From NCBI GenBank assembly GCA_038231275.1, contig JBBRLQ010000019.1, positions 88,803 through 152,802 on the forward strand: a stretch of DNA of 64,000 bases. The letters are read 5' to 3'. Below, one piece after another: positions 28,395 to 39,675 of this stretch (position 1 is its first letter; each line of letters opens with the position of its first letter). This stretch comes from Polyangiales bacterium (GTDB lineage: Bacteria; Myxococcota_A; Polyangia; Polyangiales; Polyangiaceae). A program made the translations under genes and the position numbers. The notes beneath the pieces were generated by a model. It saw nothing but the letters and a program-made list of their open reading frames with translations, did no database searches and was not told the origin of the DNA.

Positions 28395-29384
28395 TCACTT
28401 CTTGGGTGCGGGGGGCTTCGCGACGTTGGTGCCGGCATCGGGGGTTCCCCCCATGGTCATCCCCGGCATGGGATCGGCAGGCGCGTCTTTGTTGATCGTG
28501 ATGGTGCGCGCCGTGGAGTTCCACGGGCCGGGGACGGGCTTGTCGTCCTTGTCCATCAGATCGAGCTTCAGCGCGTAGGCGCCGTTTTGGAGGTTGTCGA
28601 GGTAGAACGGCGTCCCGACCTTGTCGGCCTTCGCGGTCAGCGCGGCGTCGAGCCCCGGTCCCGTGACGGAGATGTTCACGTGATCCTTGCCGTCGCCCAG
28701 CGCGTCGTTCGCGAGCTGGAAGTCGATGAGGACGTGGCGCGCCATGTCGCCTTTGTATTCGCCCTTGGGGCGGCTGTAGATGAGGATGGGCTTCTTGAGG
28801 TTCGTCTTCGCCTCGCCCTTCTTGCCGACGTAGAACTCGATGACGCTCATCGCGTCTTTCGTCTTCACGCTCTCGTGGTTGGCGCGGCTCGGGAACGCGA
28901 CGAGCACGTGCTGCCCCTCGTCGATCGCCGCGCCGCCGGCGAGCTCACTCAGCTTGACCGGGACCTTCGGATCGTAGATCGCCTTGTACGGCTTGTTGTC
29001 GAGGATGAGGTGGACGTGCGAGCTGCCCGTCGCCGTCTGCCAGTTCTTCACGTCGAGCTTGATGGCGTAGTCGGCCGCCTTGTCGCTCGCGACGACCTCG
29101 CCGTTCTTCGGCGCCGCGAACTTCGCGGTCGGCAGTGCGCCGGTCGGATCCGGGCTGGCCGCGCCGGGGACGAGCGTGGGCGCGGGAGCCGGCGGCGCCG
29201 CGACCGGGGTGCCCGCGTCTTCGGCGCCCGGCGGCGGGGTCGCGGTCGCGGTCGGAGTGGGCGGCGGAGGCGGCGGCGGGGGCGGCGGGGGAAGGTTGTC
29301 GTTTCCGCCGCCGCAAGCGACGACGAGACCGAGCGCGAGCGTGAGGCTCGACGCGGCGAGGAGGAGGCGGCTGCGGGTCTTCAT
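28395..29384 (-). CDS. hypothetical lipoprotein with Pro-rich linker and beta-sandwich domains
   Basis: Lipobox VVAC after a signal starting at ATG 29384; poly-Pro; HVHLILDNKPY and HES motifs. Confidence 0.75.
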   Translation of the reverse strand: MKTRSRLLLAASSLTLALGLVVACGGGNDNLPPPPPPPPPPPTPTATATPPPGAEDAGTPVAAPPAPAPTLVPGAASPDPTGALPTAKFAAPKNGEVVASDKAADYAIKLDVKNWQTATGSSHVHLILDNKPYKAIYDPKVPVKLSELAGGAAIDEGQHVLVAFPSRANHESVKTKDAMSVIEFYVGKKGEAKTNLKKPILIYSRPKGEYKGDMARHVLIDFQLANDALGDGKDHVNISVTGPGLDAALTAKADKVGTPFYLDNLQNGAYALKLDLMDKDDKPVPGPWNSTARTITINKDAPADPMPGMTMGGTPDAGTNVAKPPAPKK

Positions 29385-29492
29385 GGCCCGGCACATTGCT
29401 CGCGATTCGCCCCTCCGCGCAATCGCTTTTTGTTCGGCCCCCGCGAGTACCGAGCTTGACGGCACGGCGCGCTCGCGTGATGAAAACGGAGC

Positions 29493-29819
29493 ATGCCCCA
29501 CCGCGAGCGCTACCTCTTCGTATGCATCAACCGCCGCGACGCCGACAACCCGAAGGGCTCGTGCGCTGCGAAGGGGTCCGAGGAGCTCGTGAAGAAGCTC
29601 AAGGAGGCGCTCGTAAAACGCGGTGCGCAGTCGAAGATCCGCGTCTGCTCGTCGTCGTGCCTGGACCTCTGCGAGAGCGGCGCGTCGATCGTCGTGGAAC
29701 CGGATCACGTCGTGTACGGGAGCGTCACGCTCGCCGACGTCGACGCGGTGGCCGACGCCGCCGTCGCGGGCACGATCGTCGAGCGCCTCGTGGTCAAACC
29801 GCCTCGCGCCGAAAAATGA
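29493..29819 (+). CDS. thioredoxin-like [2Fe-2S] ferredoxin
   Basis: FVCxN...SC...CLDLC pattern, VVEPDHVVY. Confidence 0.9.
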   Translation: MPHRERYLFVCINRRDADNPKGSCAAKGSEELVKKLKEALVKRGAQSKIRVCSSSCLDLCESGASIVVEPDHVVYGSVTLADVDAVADAAVAGTIVERLVVKPPRAEK

Positions 29820-30268
29820 AGCTCACCTTCCACGAGAACCTGGCGGGCGCCTACCACCTCTTGGCCAGCCCCCTCGAGGACCGCACCGCCGATCTCAGCC
29901 TCGACGTATCGATCGATCGCCTGCGCGACTTCGTCCGCGCGCCCGCGTTGCGTGTGGAGGGCACGCTCTCGCTCGACGGCGTGGCGACGGCGTGCCCGTG
30001 CACAGGCAGCATCGGCCTGCGCGTCGCCAACGAGCAGCGCATTCCCTACGATTTGCGCTTCGCGGGCGACGACGGTCGCAGTTACCGCCTCTACGGCCAG
30101 CGCGATCTGACGCTCCCCAAGCTCACCGACGCGCTCACGGTCCTCCCGATGAGCCTGTGCGACGACACCGGCCACGAGGTCGGCCGCGCCGTCCTTCGCG
30201 TCGACGCCCGATCCCTGGCCGGCCAGCTCCGTCAGCTGCTGAAATCCGTCCGCGTAAAGGTATGGTGA
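29816..30268 (+). CDS. hypothetical protein
   Basis: ATGA overlap with the ferredoxin stop; coherent beta-rich 150-aa sequence. Confidence 0.65.
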   Translation: MKLTFHENLAGAYHLLASPLEDRTADLSLDVSIDRLRDFVRAPALRVEGTLSLDGVATACPCTGSIGLRVANEQRIPYDLRFAGDDGRSYRLYGQRDLTLPKLTDALTVLPMSLCDDTGHEVGRAVLRVDARSLAGQLRQLLKSVRVKVW

Positions 30269-30271
30269 AGG

Positions 30272-30829
30272 GTGGACCGATTGAACCCCGACTCGTCCCT
30301 GCTGCTCGTCGTCGACGTCCAGGATCGGCTGCTCGGCGCGATGGCGCCCGACGCGGCCACCCGCCTGCTCGAGAACGTCGACATCCTGCTCGACGCCGCG
30401 CGCGTCCTCGGCGTGAAGGTCATCGCGACCGAGCAGTACCCCAAAGGCCTCGGTCCCACCGTCGCGCCGATCGCCGCGCGCTTCCCCGCGCTGGGCGTGA
30501 CGCCGATGGCGAAGCTCGACTTCGACGCGATGAGCGATCCCAACGTCGCGCGCGCGGTGCATCACTCCGAGGCGCGCAACATCATCCTCGTCGGCATGGA
30601 GGCCCACGTCTGCGTCTTCCAGACCGCGCGTGAGCTCGCGCGGCGGGGGTACGCGACCCACGTCGTCGCCGACGCCGTCCTCTCGCGCACCGAAGCCAAC
30701 CGCGATGCCGGGCTGCGCCTTTGCGAGCACGCCGGCGCCACCGTCACGGTCGCCGAGGCCGTCGTCTTCGATTGGTTGCGACGCGCGGGGTCGGACGCCT
30801 TCAAGCAAATCTCAAAACGAATACGATAG
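30272..30829 (+). CDS. isochorismatase-family hydrolase
   Basis: VDVQDRL, TEQYPKGLG, K, GMEAHVCV. Confidence 0.92.
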   Translation: MDRLNPDSSLLLVVDVQDRLLGAMAPDAATRLLENVDILLDAARVLGVKVIATEQYPKGLGPTVAPIAARFPALGVTPMAKLDFDAMSDPNVARAVHHSEARNIILVGMEAHVCVFQTARELARRGYATHVVADAVLSRTEANRDAGLRLCEHAGATVTVAEAVVFDWLRRAGSDAFKQISKRIR

Positions 30830-30897
30830 GTTGCCAAGGCATTTGCTAATTTGTCCGTCACCTTGACGAATTGTCTTTCGTCTGACAGATTGCCCTC

Positions 30898-32331
<1,434 letters not shown>

Positions 32332-32439
32332 TTGTCAAAATGTCGCGCGTTGGGCCCCGCACCGGCCTAGGGCGACAACCTGTCCGAGAGGGCGCTCCAA
32401 ATCGCTGTTCAAATGCGCGATAGCGGTAGGGTTTCTCTA

Positions 32440-32456
32440 TTGGCATGAGCCTGGCT
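32440..32456 (+). promoter_or_regulatory. sigma54 (-24/-12) promoter of the gsp operon
   Basis: TTGGCATGAGCCTGGCT with GG(32442-43)-N10-GC(32454-55), 26 nt before gspC. Confidence 0.65.
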
Positions 32457-32481
32457 TTGCTAAGGCTGAAGGTCCTCAACC

Positions 32482-33444
32482 ATGGCCGTCGACCAGCTCC
32501 TGCGTAAAAACTTCTGGCTCGTGCTCGCCCCGCTCGTGATGCTCGCGGCGCTGCTGAACGCCAAGGCGATCACGCAGCTCGTCGGCATTGGCCTCGGCGC
32601 GGACGAGAAGCAGTTGTCTGCCCCGCCGCTGGTCGCCAAGGTCGCGCCGATGGCGAGCGGGCAACTGTCCCACGCCACGAACGCCGACGCGATCCTCTCG
32701 CGCAACCCCTTCGACTCGGTCACCGGCGCGCTCAACAAAAAGCCCGTCGACGACAGCCCGCTTGCGGCTCCGCTGGATCTCTCCGATCCGTTGAGCGCGC
32801 CGGCGTGCGATGCCGTGAAGGTCCTCGTCATCGCTGCGTCGAGCGATCCGGAGTGGTCCTTCGCGGCGCTCACGAGCGGCTCGTCCGACAAGGACAAGAG
32901 CGTGCTCCGTCGCCGCGGCGGCGAGTTCGGCGGCAAGACGCTCAAGTTCGTCGGCTGGGATCGCGTGTGGATGACGAGCGGCAGCTCGCTCTGCCAGGCC
33001 GAGCTCTTCAAGGGAGCCGCGAAGACCCCGCCGCCGGCCGCCGCCGCGCCGCCTGCACCTGCCGCCGCGGGTGGCGCTCCCGGTCTCGATCCTTCGATCG
33101 CCAAGGGCATCTCCAAGATCAGCGCGACCGAGTTCAACATCGATCGCGGCGTCGTCGACAAGATCCTCGAAAATCAGTCCGATTTGATGCGCCAGGCGCG
33201 CATCGTCCCCGAACAGGAGAACGGCAAGGTCGTCGGCATCCGCCTCTTCGGCGTCCGTCCCGACACGCTCCTCGGCGTCCTCGGGATGGAGAACGGTGAT
33301 CGCCTCCAGACGATCAACGGCTTCGACATGGCGAGCCCCGAAAAAGCGCTCGAAGCGTACGCGCGCCTCCGCACGGCCGACCACCTCACCGTGCAGGTGA
33401 ACCGCCGCGGGGCGAACACCAACCTCGACTACAACATCAAGTGA
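32482..33444 (+). CDS. gspC: type II secretion protein C (with PDZ domain)
   Basis: N-terminal TM, SRNPFDS, C-terminal PDZ (GIRLFGVRP..LGMENGDRLQTING); position before the secretin. Confidence 0.88.
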   Translation: MAVDQLLRKNFWLVLAPLVMLAALLNAKAITQLVGIGLGADEKQLSAPPLVAKVAPMASGQLSHATNADAILSRNPFDSVTGALNKKPVDDSPLAAPLDLSDPLSAPACDAVKVLVIAASSDPEWSFAALTSGSSDKDKSVLRRRGGEFGGKTLKFVGWDRVWMTSGSSLCQAELFKGAAKTPPPAAAAPPAPAAAGGAPGLDPSIAKGISKISATEFNIDRGVVDKILENQSDLMRQARIVPEQENGKVVGIRLFGVRPDTLLGVLGMENGDRLQTINGFDMASPEKALEAYARLRTADHLTVQVNRRGANTNLDYNIK

Positions 33445-33470
33445 CGAAAGCCCCAAGGTAAGCCGCAATC

Positions 33471-33737
33471 ATGGAAACCGATCTGTTTCGCAAGACGATG
33501 AAGTCCATCGGGGTGATGGTCGGCGCGTGCGCGCTCTTCACGGGGATGGTCACGTTGATCGCGCTCTTCGTGGTCGGGCGCGCGGTCGGCCCGCGCGAGT
33601 CGGTCGAGCAAGGCTCCGGGGTCGTCCCCGCGTCGAAGATCGATGGTCAGCGGCCGCCCAAGGCCGACGACGCGCCGCCGCCGAAGTCGAACGCGAACAA
33701 GGCGGACCTGCCGCCGCGCGCCACCCGCGCGATTTGA
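33471..33737 (+). CDS. small single-TM hypothetical protein within the gsp operon
   Basis: 88 aa, one hydrophobic helix, disordered tail. Confidence 0.6.
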   Translation: METDLFRKTMKSIGVMVGACALFTGMVTLIALFVVGRAVGPRESVEQGSGVVPASKIDGQRPPKADDAPPPKSNANKADLPPRATRAI

Positions 33738-33792
33738 ACCCCTTCGTTCCCAGCTGCTGCATCAGGACCCCGAAAGGCCCCACGTGCGCTCG

Positions 33793-36414
33793 ATGATGAA
33801 ACGTCCGCTCCTTCTCTTGCCGCTCGCGTCTTCGGCGTTCTTCTTCGCCGACGTTCGCGACGCGGCCGCGCAGCGTTCTCCGTCGCAGGTCGCGCGCCCC
33901 GATCCCGCCATCCCGAACATCATTCCTCCGGCCACGGGCGCGGGTGCCGCGCCTGCCTCGCCAGGTGCAGGTGGCTCGGCGGGTGGGACCGCGCCAGGGG
34001 CAGCGGGAGCTGGAGCAGCAGGTGCGGCCGGCGGCGTGAAGCCCGTCGGCCCTGGCGGAAAATCGACGGCCGACACCGCGGGCCTGCCGCAGTTCGAGCA
34101 GACGATGGAGTTCGAGCCGCGCTCCCCGAACTTCAAGGTCGCCTTCTCGCTCGAGGACGCGGATCTGCCCGAGCTCGTGAAGGTCATCGGCCAGCTCACC
34201 GGCAAGCGCTTCATCTTTGGCGGCAAGGTCCGCGCGATCAAAGCCAGCGTCTACTCGCCGCAGAAGATCACCGTCGCCGAGGCGTACCAGGCGTTCCTCT
34301 CGATCCTCGAGACCAACGGCCTCACGGTGGTGCCGCACGGCCGCTTCCTCAAGATCGTGGAGACCGCCGGCGTCGCGACGCAGGCGACGCCGATGTACAC
34401 CTCCGCCCAGGGCGCGCCCGCCGAGGACCGCTACGTCACGCGCATCCACCGCCTGTCGCACGTGAGCGCCGACGAGGTCGCCGCCGTCCTCGGCAAGTTC
34501 AAGACGAAGGAGGGGGACATCACCGTCTACGCGCCTGGCAACCTCCTCATCATGACGGACACCGGGACGAACATCCGGCGCATGATGCAGCTCGTCGAAG
34601 AGATCGACGTGGGCGAGGCCGGCGATCAGATTTGGATCGAGCCCGTGCACTACGCCGCGGCCAGCGACGTCGAGAAGCGCATCAACGAGCTCTTCGACGT
34701 GAAGGGCGGCGGCGCGGCCCCGGGCGGGGCCCCCGCGGCCGCCGGTGGCAAGCCCACGCCTCCCCACGTCACGGTGGGCGGCGGGGATCTCCACATCTCC
34801 AAGATCGTCGCGGACGATCGCTCCAACTCGCTCCTCATCGTCGCCACCGAGCGCGCGTATCTCCGCATCCTCGAGTTCATCCGCCGCATCGACATCCCGC
34901 AGACCGGAGAAGGGGAGATCCACGTCTTCCCGCTCCAGCACGCCGACGCGATCGAGCTCACCAAGACGCTCACCGAGATCGTCGCCGGCGCAGGCGGCGC
35001 GGCTCCGGCCGGCGGCGGCGCGGCACGTCCGGCAGGAGCGGCCGCACCGCAAGGCATCTTCGAGGGCGGCGTGAAGGTCAGCGCGGACAAGGCGACCAAC
35101 TCGATCGTCATCACGTCCTCGCAGCGCGACTACGCGTCGCTCCGCATCGTCGTCGATCGGCTCGATCAGTCCCGTAAGCAGGTCTTCATCGAAGCAGTCA
35201 TCATGGATCTCCAGCTGAAGCGCCGCGACGTCTTCGGCATGTCGTTCCACGCCGGCGACACGTTCAGCACGAGCCAGGGCGACGGCCTCATCTACGGCGG
35301 CAACAAGCCGCTCAACACGATCTCGCTCCTCCCGACCGATCCCGACGCGCTCCAGGGCTTCGCGCTCGGCGTGCGCGGACCGGGCCTCTCGGGCAGCCAG
35401 AACTTCCTCGGCACCGGCGTCACCATCCCCGCGTTCGGCACGTTCATTCAGGCGCTCGCGCAGACCGGCGACACGGATCTGTTGAGCACGCCGCACATCT
35501 TGGCGACCGACAACATCAAGGCCGAAATTTCGGTCGGCGACAACGTGCCGCTCCAGCAAAACGTCGGCGGCGGTCTGGCCGGCGCGCTCCCCGGCGCCGC
35601 GGGTGCGGCTGGCGCTCTCGGCGGCCTCGGCGGGCTCGGCCTCGGCGGGCTCGGCTTCGCGGCGCCTCGGCAGGACGTCGGCACCAAGATCTCGATCATC
35701 CCGCACTTGAACGAGTCGAACGAGGTCCGCCTCGAGCTCACCGAAGAGATCAGCGAGCAGGGAGCCCCGACCGGCGCCCTCGGCGTCATCCCGATCTCGA
35801 AGCGCACCGCCAACACGACGCTGGTCGTCCGCGATCAGCAGACGGTCGTCATCGGTGGCCTCATCCGAAACGTGCGCGCGCGGCAGGAGGACAAGGTCCC
35901 GGTCCTCGGCGACATCCCGGTCCTCGGCGCGCTCTTCCGGAAGACGGAGAACCGCTTCGAGAAGCGCAACCTCGTCCTCATCCTCACGCCGTACATCATC
36001 CGCGAGCAGAGCGATTTGCGCGTGGTGTTCGAGCGAAAGATGCAGGAGCGCCAAGAGTACCTTGATCGCTACTTCGTGTTCTCCGACTCGAACGAGTACG
36101 AGCCGCCGAAGGACTACACGCGCACCAACGGCCTCGTGGAGGACATCCGCCAGGGCTTCTTGAACGTCGACGAGCGCAAGCGCCTCGAAGAGCTGACGCG
36201 CCCGAAGGAGCTGAAGCGTCACGAGCCGGGACAGCCGCTGGAGATGCCGGCGCCCACGACCCACAGGCCGGGTATCGCTCCGGCCGGCGGCACCGCGGCG
36301 TCTCCTCCTCCTCCGAGCGGCGCAAGCGTTGTCAGCACTCCGCCCGTGGTGGGCCCGGCGCCGCCGATCAACATCCTGACGCCGTCGCGCAGCGTCGAAA
36401 AGATCGAGAAATAA
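33793..36414 (+). CDS. gspD: type II secretion secretin D
   Basis: Signal peptide, N-domains, QVFIEAVI, VIGGLI, KVPVLGDIPVLGALFR. Confidence 0.95.
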   Translation: MMKRPLLLLPLASSAFFFADVRDAAAQRSPSQVARPDPAIPNIIPPATGAGAAPASPGAGGSAGGTAPGAAGAGAAGAAGGVKPVGPGGKSTADTAGLPQFEQTMEFEPRSPNFKVAFSLEDADLPELVKVIGQLTGKRFIFGGKVRAIKASVYSPQKITVAEAYQAFLSILETNGLTVVPHGRFLKIVETAGVATQATPMYTSAQGAPAEDRYVTRIHRLSHVSADEVAAVLGKFKTKEGDITVYAPGNLLIMTDTGTNIRRMMQLVEEIDVGEAGDQIWIEPVHYAAASDVEKRINELFDVKGGGAAPGGAPAAAGGKPTPPHVTVGGGDLHISKIVADDRSNSLLIVATERAYLRILEFIRRIDIPQTGEGEIHVFPLQHADAIELTKTLTEIVAGAGGAAPAGGGAARPAGAAAPQGIFEGGVKVSADKATNSIVITSSQRDYASLRIVVDRLDQSRKQVFIEAVIMDLQLKRRDVFGMSFHAGDTFSTSQGDGLIYGGNKPLNTISLLPTDPDALQGFALGVRGPGLSGSQNFLGTGVTIPAFGTFIQALAQTGDTDLLSTPHILATDNIKAEISVGDNVPLQQNVGGGLAGALPGAAGAAGALGGLGGLGLGGLGFAAPRQDVGTKISIIPHLNESNEVRLELTEEISEQGAPTGALGVIPISKRTANTTLVVRDQQTVVIGGLIRNVRARQEDKVPVLGDIPVLGALFRKTENRFEKRNLVLILTPYIIREQSDLRVVFERKMQERQEYLDRYFVFSDSNEYEPPKDYTRTNGLVEDIRQGFLNVDERKRLEELTRPKELKRHEPGQPLEMPAPTTHRPGIAPAGGTAASPPPPSGASVVSTPPVVGPAPPINILTPSRSVEKIEK

Positions 36415-36417
36415 GCC

Positions 36418-38238
36418 ATGTCGGCCGAGCAGCGCTTCCTCGGAGAGATCCTCGCGCGACGCGGCGTCATCGCGGCGGAGAGGCTCGAGGCGCTGTACGC
36501 GATCCAGCGCGAGAAGGACGTCAGCCTCTCCGACCTCATCGTCAACGCGAACCTCGCGGAGGAGGCGCAGATCGCGCAGGCGCTCGCCACGGAGGCGGAG
36601 CTGCCGTACGTCGCCAAGATCGATCCCGAGCGCATCTCCACCGCGCTCGCCACGCGCATCCCCATCGCGTTCGCCAAGAACCACCGCATCATCGTCATCG
36701 CAGAAGACGAGGCGCAGGTCTTCGCGCTCGTCGCGGATCCGTTCGACACCCCCGCGATCGACGACGTGCGCGTCCTCTTCGCCAAGCCCGTCGAGGTGAG
36801 CGTCGCGGGCCGCGAGGTCATCGAGGACGCGATCAACCGCGTCTACGAGCGCGACGCCGGCGCCGGTGAGCTCGAGCAAGACGAGGGCACGGTCGACGAG
36901 GAGGGCGTCAGCGACATCCTCGACTCCGACGACGAGGCTCCGGTCATCCGCTGGGTCAACTCGCTCTTCCTCCAGGCGATGAAGGAGCGCGCGAGCGACA
37001 TCCACATCGAGCCGGAAGAGAAAGAGGTCCTGGTCCGCTACCGCATCGACGGCGACCTTTACATCAAGCGCCGCGCGCCGCGCACCTTCATGAGCAGCAT
37101 CGTCAGTCGCATCAAGATCGAAAGCGCGCTCAACATCGCGGAGAAGCGCCTCCCGCAGGACGGACGCATCACCAAGAAGATCGCCGGCAAGGGCTTCGAC
37201 ATCCGCGTCAGCACCATCCCGACGAGCCGCGGTTACGAGCGCATCGTCATGCGTCTCTTGAATAAATCGAGCGTCCTCCTCGACCTCCCGGACCTCGGAT
37301 TTTCTGGCCGCGACTACGCGCTCATGGACAGCCTCATCCGGCGGCCCGACGGCATCATCCTCGTCACCGGCCCCACCGGCAGCGGCAAGACGACGACGCT
37401 CTATGCGTGCATCAACCGCATCAACCGCCCCGATCTCAACATCCTCACCGCCGAGGATCCCGTCGAGTACGAGATCGGCGGCATTCACCAGGTGCACGTC
37501 CAGCCCAAGATCGGGCTCACCTTCGCGAGCGCGCTCCGTGCGTTCCTCCGCCAAGATCCGGACGTGGTCATGGTCGGCGAGATCCGTGACAAGGAGACCG
37601 TCGAGATCGCGATCAACGCGTCGCTCACCGGCCACCTCGTGCTCTCCACCATCCACACGAACGACGCGGCCGGCGCCATCACGCGCATGGTCGACATGGG
37701 CGTCGAGCCGTTCCTCTTGCGCTCGTCGGTCATCGGCATCCTCGCGCAGCGCCTCGTGCGCGTGCTCTGCCCCCACTGCAAGATGCCGTACGAGGCGACG
37801 CAGGACGAGCTCGAGGAGCTTGGCATCACGCCCGAGCGCATGAAGACGCGCAGCGCACGCCGCTTGAAGGAGCAGTCGCGCTACTACCCGAAGACCGTTC
37901 GTGAGCCGGACGTCTTGGAGACGCCGTTCGCCGGCCCGCCCATCTTCTACAAGCCGAAGGGCTGCGACAAGTGCGGGAGCACCGGCTTCATGGGGCGCCG
38001 CGGCATCTACGAGCTCCTCCTCATGGATGACGCCGTGGGTCCGCTCGTCCTGAAGAACGCCGACTCGCAGACCGTGAAGCGCACCGCGCACGAGCAGGGC
38101 ATGGATTCGCTCCGCGACGACGGCGCGCGCAAAGTCATCGCGGGGCTCACCAGCGTCGAGGAGGTCCTCGTCGCCACGCAAGAAGACGTCGAGCTCGAGC
38201 CCGATCGCCCGAGCATGTCGCAACGCCTGTCGAACTGA
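36418..38238 (+). CDS. gspE: type II secretion ATPase E
   Basis: ASDIHIEP, RLPQDGRI, GPTGSGKTT, LRQDPD, CxxC...CxxC. Confidence 0.96.
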   Translation: MSAEQRFLGEILARRGVIAAERLEALYAIQREKDVSLSDLIVNANLAEEAQIAQALATEAELPYVAKIDPERISTALATRIPIAFAKNHRIIVIAEDEAQVFALVADPFDTPAIDDVRVLFAKPVEVSVAGREVIEDAINRVYERDAGAGELEQDEGTVDEEGVSDILDSDDEAPVIRWVNSLFLQAMKERASDIHIEPEEKEVLVRYRIDGDLYIKRRAPRTFMSSIVSRIKIESALNIAEKRLPQDGRITKKIAGKGFDIRVSTIPTSRGYERIVMRLLNKSSVLLDLPDLGFSGRDYALMDSLIRRPDGIILVTGPTGSGKTTTLYACINRINRPDLNILTAEDPVEYEIGGIHQVHVQPKIGLTFASALRAFLRQDPDVVMVGEIRDKETVEIAINASLTGHLVLSTIHTNDAAGAITRMVDMGVEPFLLRSSVIGILAQRLVRVLCPHCKMPYEATQDELEELGITPERMKTRSARRLKEQSRYYPKTVREPDVLETPFAGPPIFYKPKGCDKCGSTGFMGRRGIYELLLMDDAVGPLVLKNADSQTVKRTAHEQGMDSLRDDGARKVIAGLTSVEEVLVATQEDVELEPDRPSMSQRLSN

Positions 38239-38246
38239 GGGATGCG

Positions 38247-39653
38247 GTGGCAGTATTCGAATACACCGGGCTCGTCTCCGCGAGCGGCAAGCAGGTAAAG
38301 GGGGTTCGGGACGCCGACAACCCGAAGCTCCTGCGCGCGACGCTGAAGCGCGAGGGCGTGCTCTTGACGAGCGCTCACGAGACGAGCGCAGCGACGGCGA
38401 AGGCCAAGCGCAACATCGATCTCGGGGCCTTCTTCCGCCGCGTGAACGTCGGCGACATCGCGATGATGACGCGCCAGCTCGCCACGCTCGTCAACGCGGG
38501 CATCCCGCTGGTCGAGGCTGTGTCGGCCCTCACCGAGCAGGTCGACAAGATCGAGCTGAAGCGCGTGCTCACCCAGGTGCGCGATCGCTTGAACGAAGGC
38601 ATCTCGCTCGCAAAGGCCCTCGAGCCGCACGGGAAAATTTTCCCGAACCTCTACGTCAACATGGTCGCGGCCGGCGAGGCGTCGGGCACGCTCGAGACGG
38701 TGCTCGAGCGCCTCGCGGACTTCATGGAGGGGCAGAGCAGGCTGCGCGGAAAGGTCGGCGCGGCGCTCGCGTACCCGGTCCTGATGCTCCTCATCGGATC
38801 GGTGCTCATCACGATCATGATGGTGGTCGTCGTGCCGAAGGTGACGAGCATCTTCTCGAGCCTCGATCGCGCGCTCCCCTGGTACACGTCGCTCCTCATC
38901 GGCGTCTCTGGCGCGATCGGCAGTAACCAGATGCTCGGCTTCGTGACGTCGGTCGTGTCGATGACGCTGGTGCGCCGCGCCATGCGCCCGCCGGCCAACC
39001 CCGAAGATCGCCAAAAGAAGCCGTTCTTCGTCGGCGGCGCGATGGTGGCGGTTGGGGTGATGATCTTCGTCGGCTTCGCGGTCGAGTCGGTCTTCAGCTA
39101 CGGCGTCGGCATCGGCATCGGCGTCGTCGCTGGTTTCGTGCTCGCGCGCTTCCTCGCGTACGTGGCCACTCCGACCGGCCAGGTGTGGAAGGACACGCTC
39201 CTCCTCAAGATCCCGATCTTCGGCACGCTCCTCCGCATGCTCGCGGTCGCGCGTTTCTCGCGCACGCTTGCGACGCTCCTCCAGAGCGGCGTCCCGCTCC
39301 TCAAGGCGATGGACATCGTGCGCAACGTCCTCGACAACGCGCGCCTCGCCAAGGTGATCGAGGAGGCGACGGCCTCGATCCGCGAGGGCGAGTCGATCGC
39401 CGGACCGTTGAAGCGCAGCGGAGATTTCCCGCCGATCGTGACGCACATGATTGCCGTCGGCGAGAAGAGCGGCGAGCTCGAGGCGATGCTCGAGAACGTC
39501 GCCAAGGCGTACGACACGCAGGTCGAGACGCGCGTGCAGGCGCTGACGAGCCTCCTCGAGCCGCTCATGATCGTGATCATGGGAGGAGCGGTCGGCTTCA
39601 TCGCCTTCGCGATCCTCATGCCGCTCATCCAGATGAACGATTTCGTGCAGTGA
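38247..39653 (+). CDS. gspF: type II secretion inner-membrane protein F
   Basis: RQLATLVNAGIPL, GEASGTL, GEKSGEL and LLEP motifs. Confidence 0.95.
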   Translation: MAVFEYTGLVSASGKQVKGVRDADNPKLLRATLKREGVLLTSAHETSAATAKAKRNIDLGAFFRRVNVGDIAMMTRQLATLVNAGIPLVEAVSALTEQVDKIELKRVLTQVRDRLNEGISLAKALEPHGKIFPNLYVNMVAAGEASGTLETVLERLADFMEGQSRLRGKVGAALAYPVLMLLIGSVLITIMMVVVVPKVTSIFSSLDRALPWYTSLLIGVSGAIGSNQMLGFVTSVVSMTLVRRAMRPPANPEDRQKKPFFVGGAMVAVGVMIFVGFAVESVFSYGVGIGIGVVAGFVLARFLAYVATPTGQVWKDTLLLKIPIFGTLLRMLAVARFSRTLATLLQSGVPLLKAMDIVRNVLDNARLAKVIEEATASIREGESIAGPLKRSGDFPPIVTHMIAVGEKSGELEAMLENVAKAYDTQVETRVQALTSLLEPLMIVIMGGAVGFIAFAILMPLIQMNDFVQ

Positions 39654-39675
39654 AGGAAGGAGGAAGACCTGAGCC

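Noticed and set aside
33550..38223. 1557-aa minus-strand ORF
   Set aside because: Antisense shadow of gspD/gspE, expected from high-GC codon bias; no protein motifs
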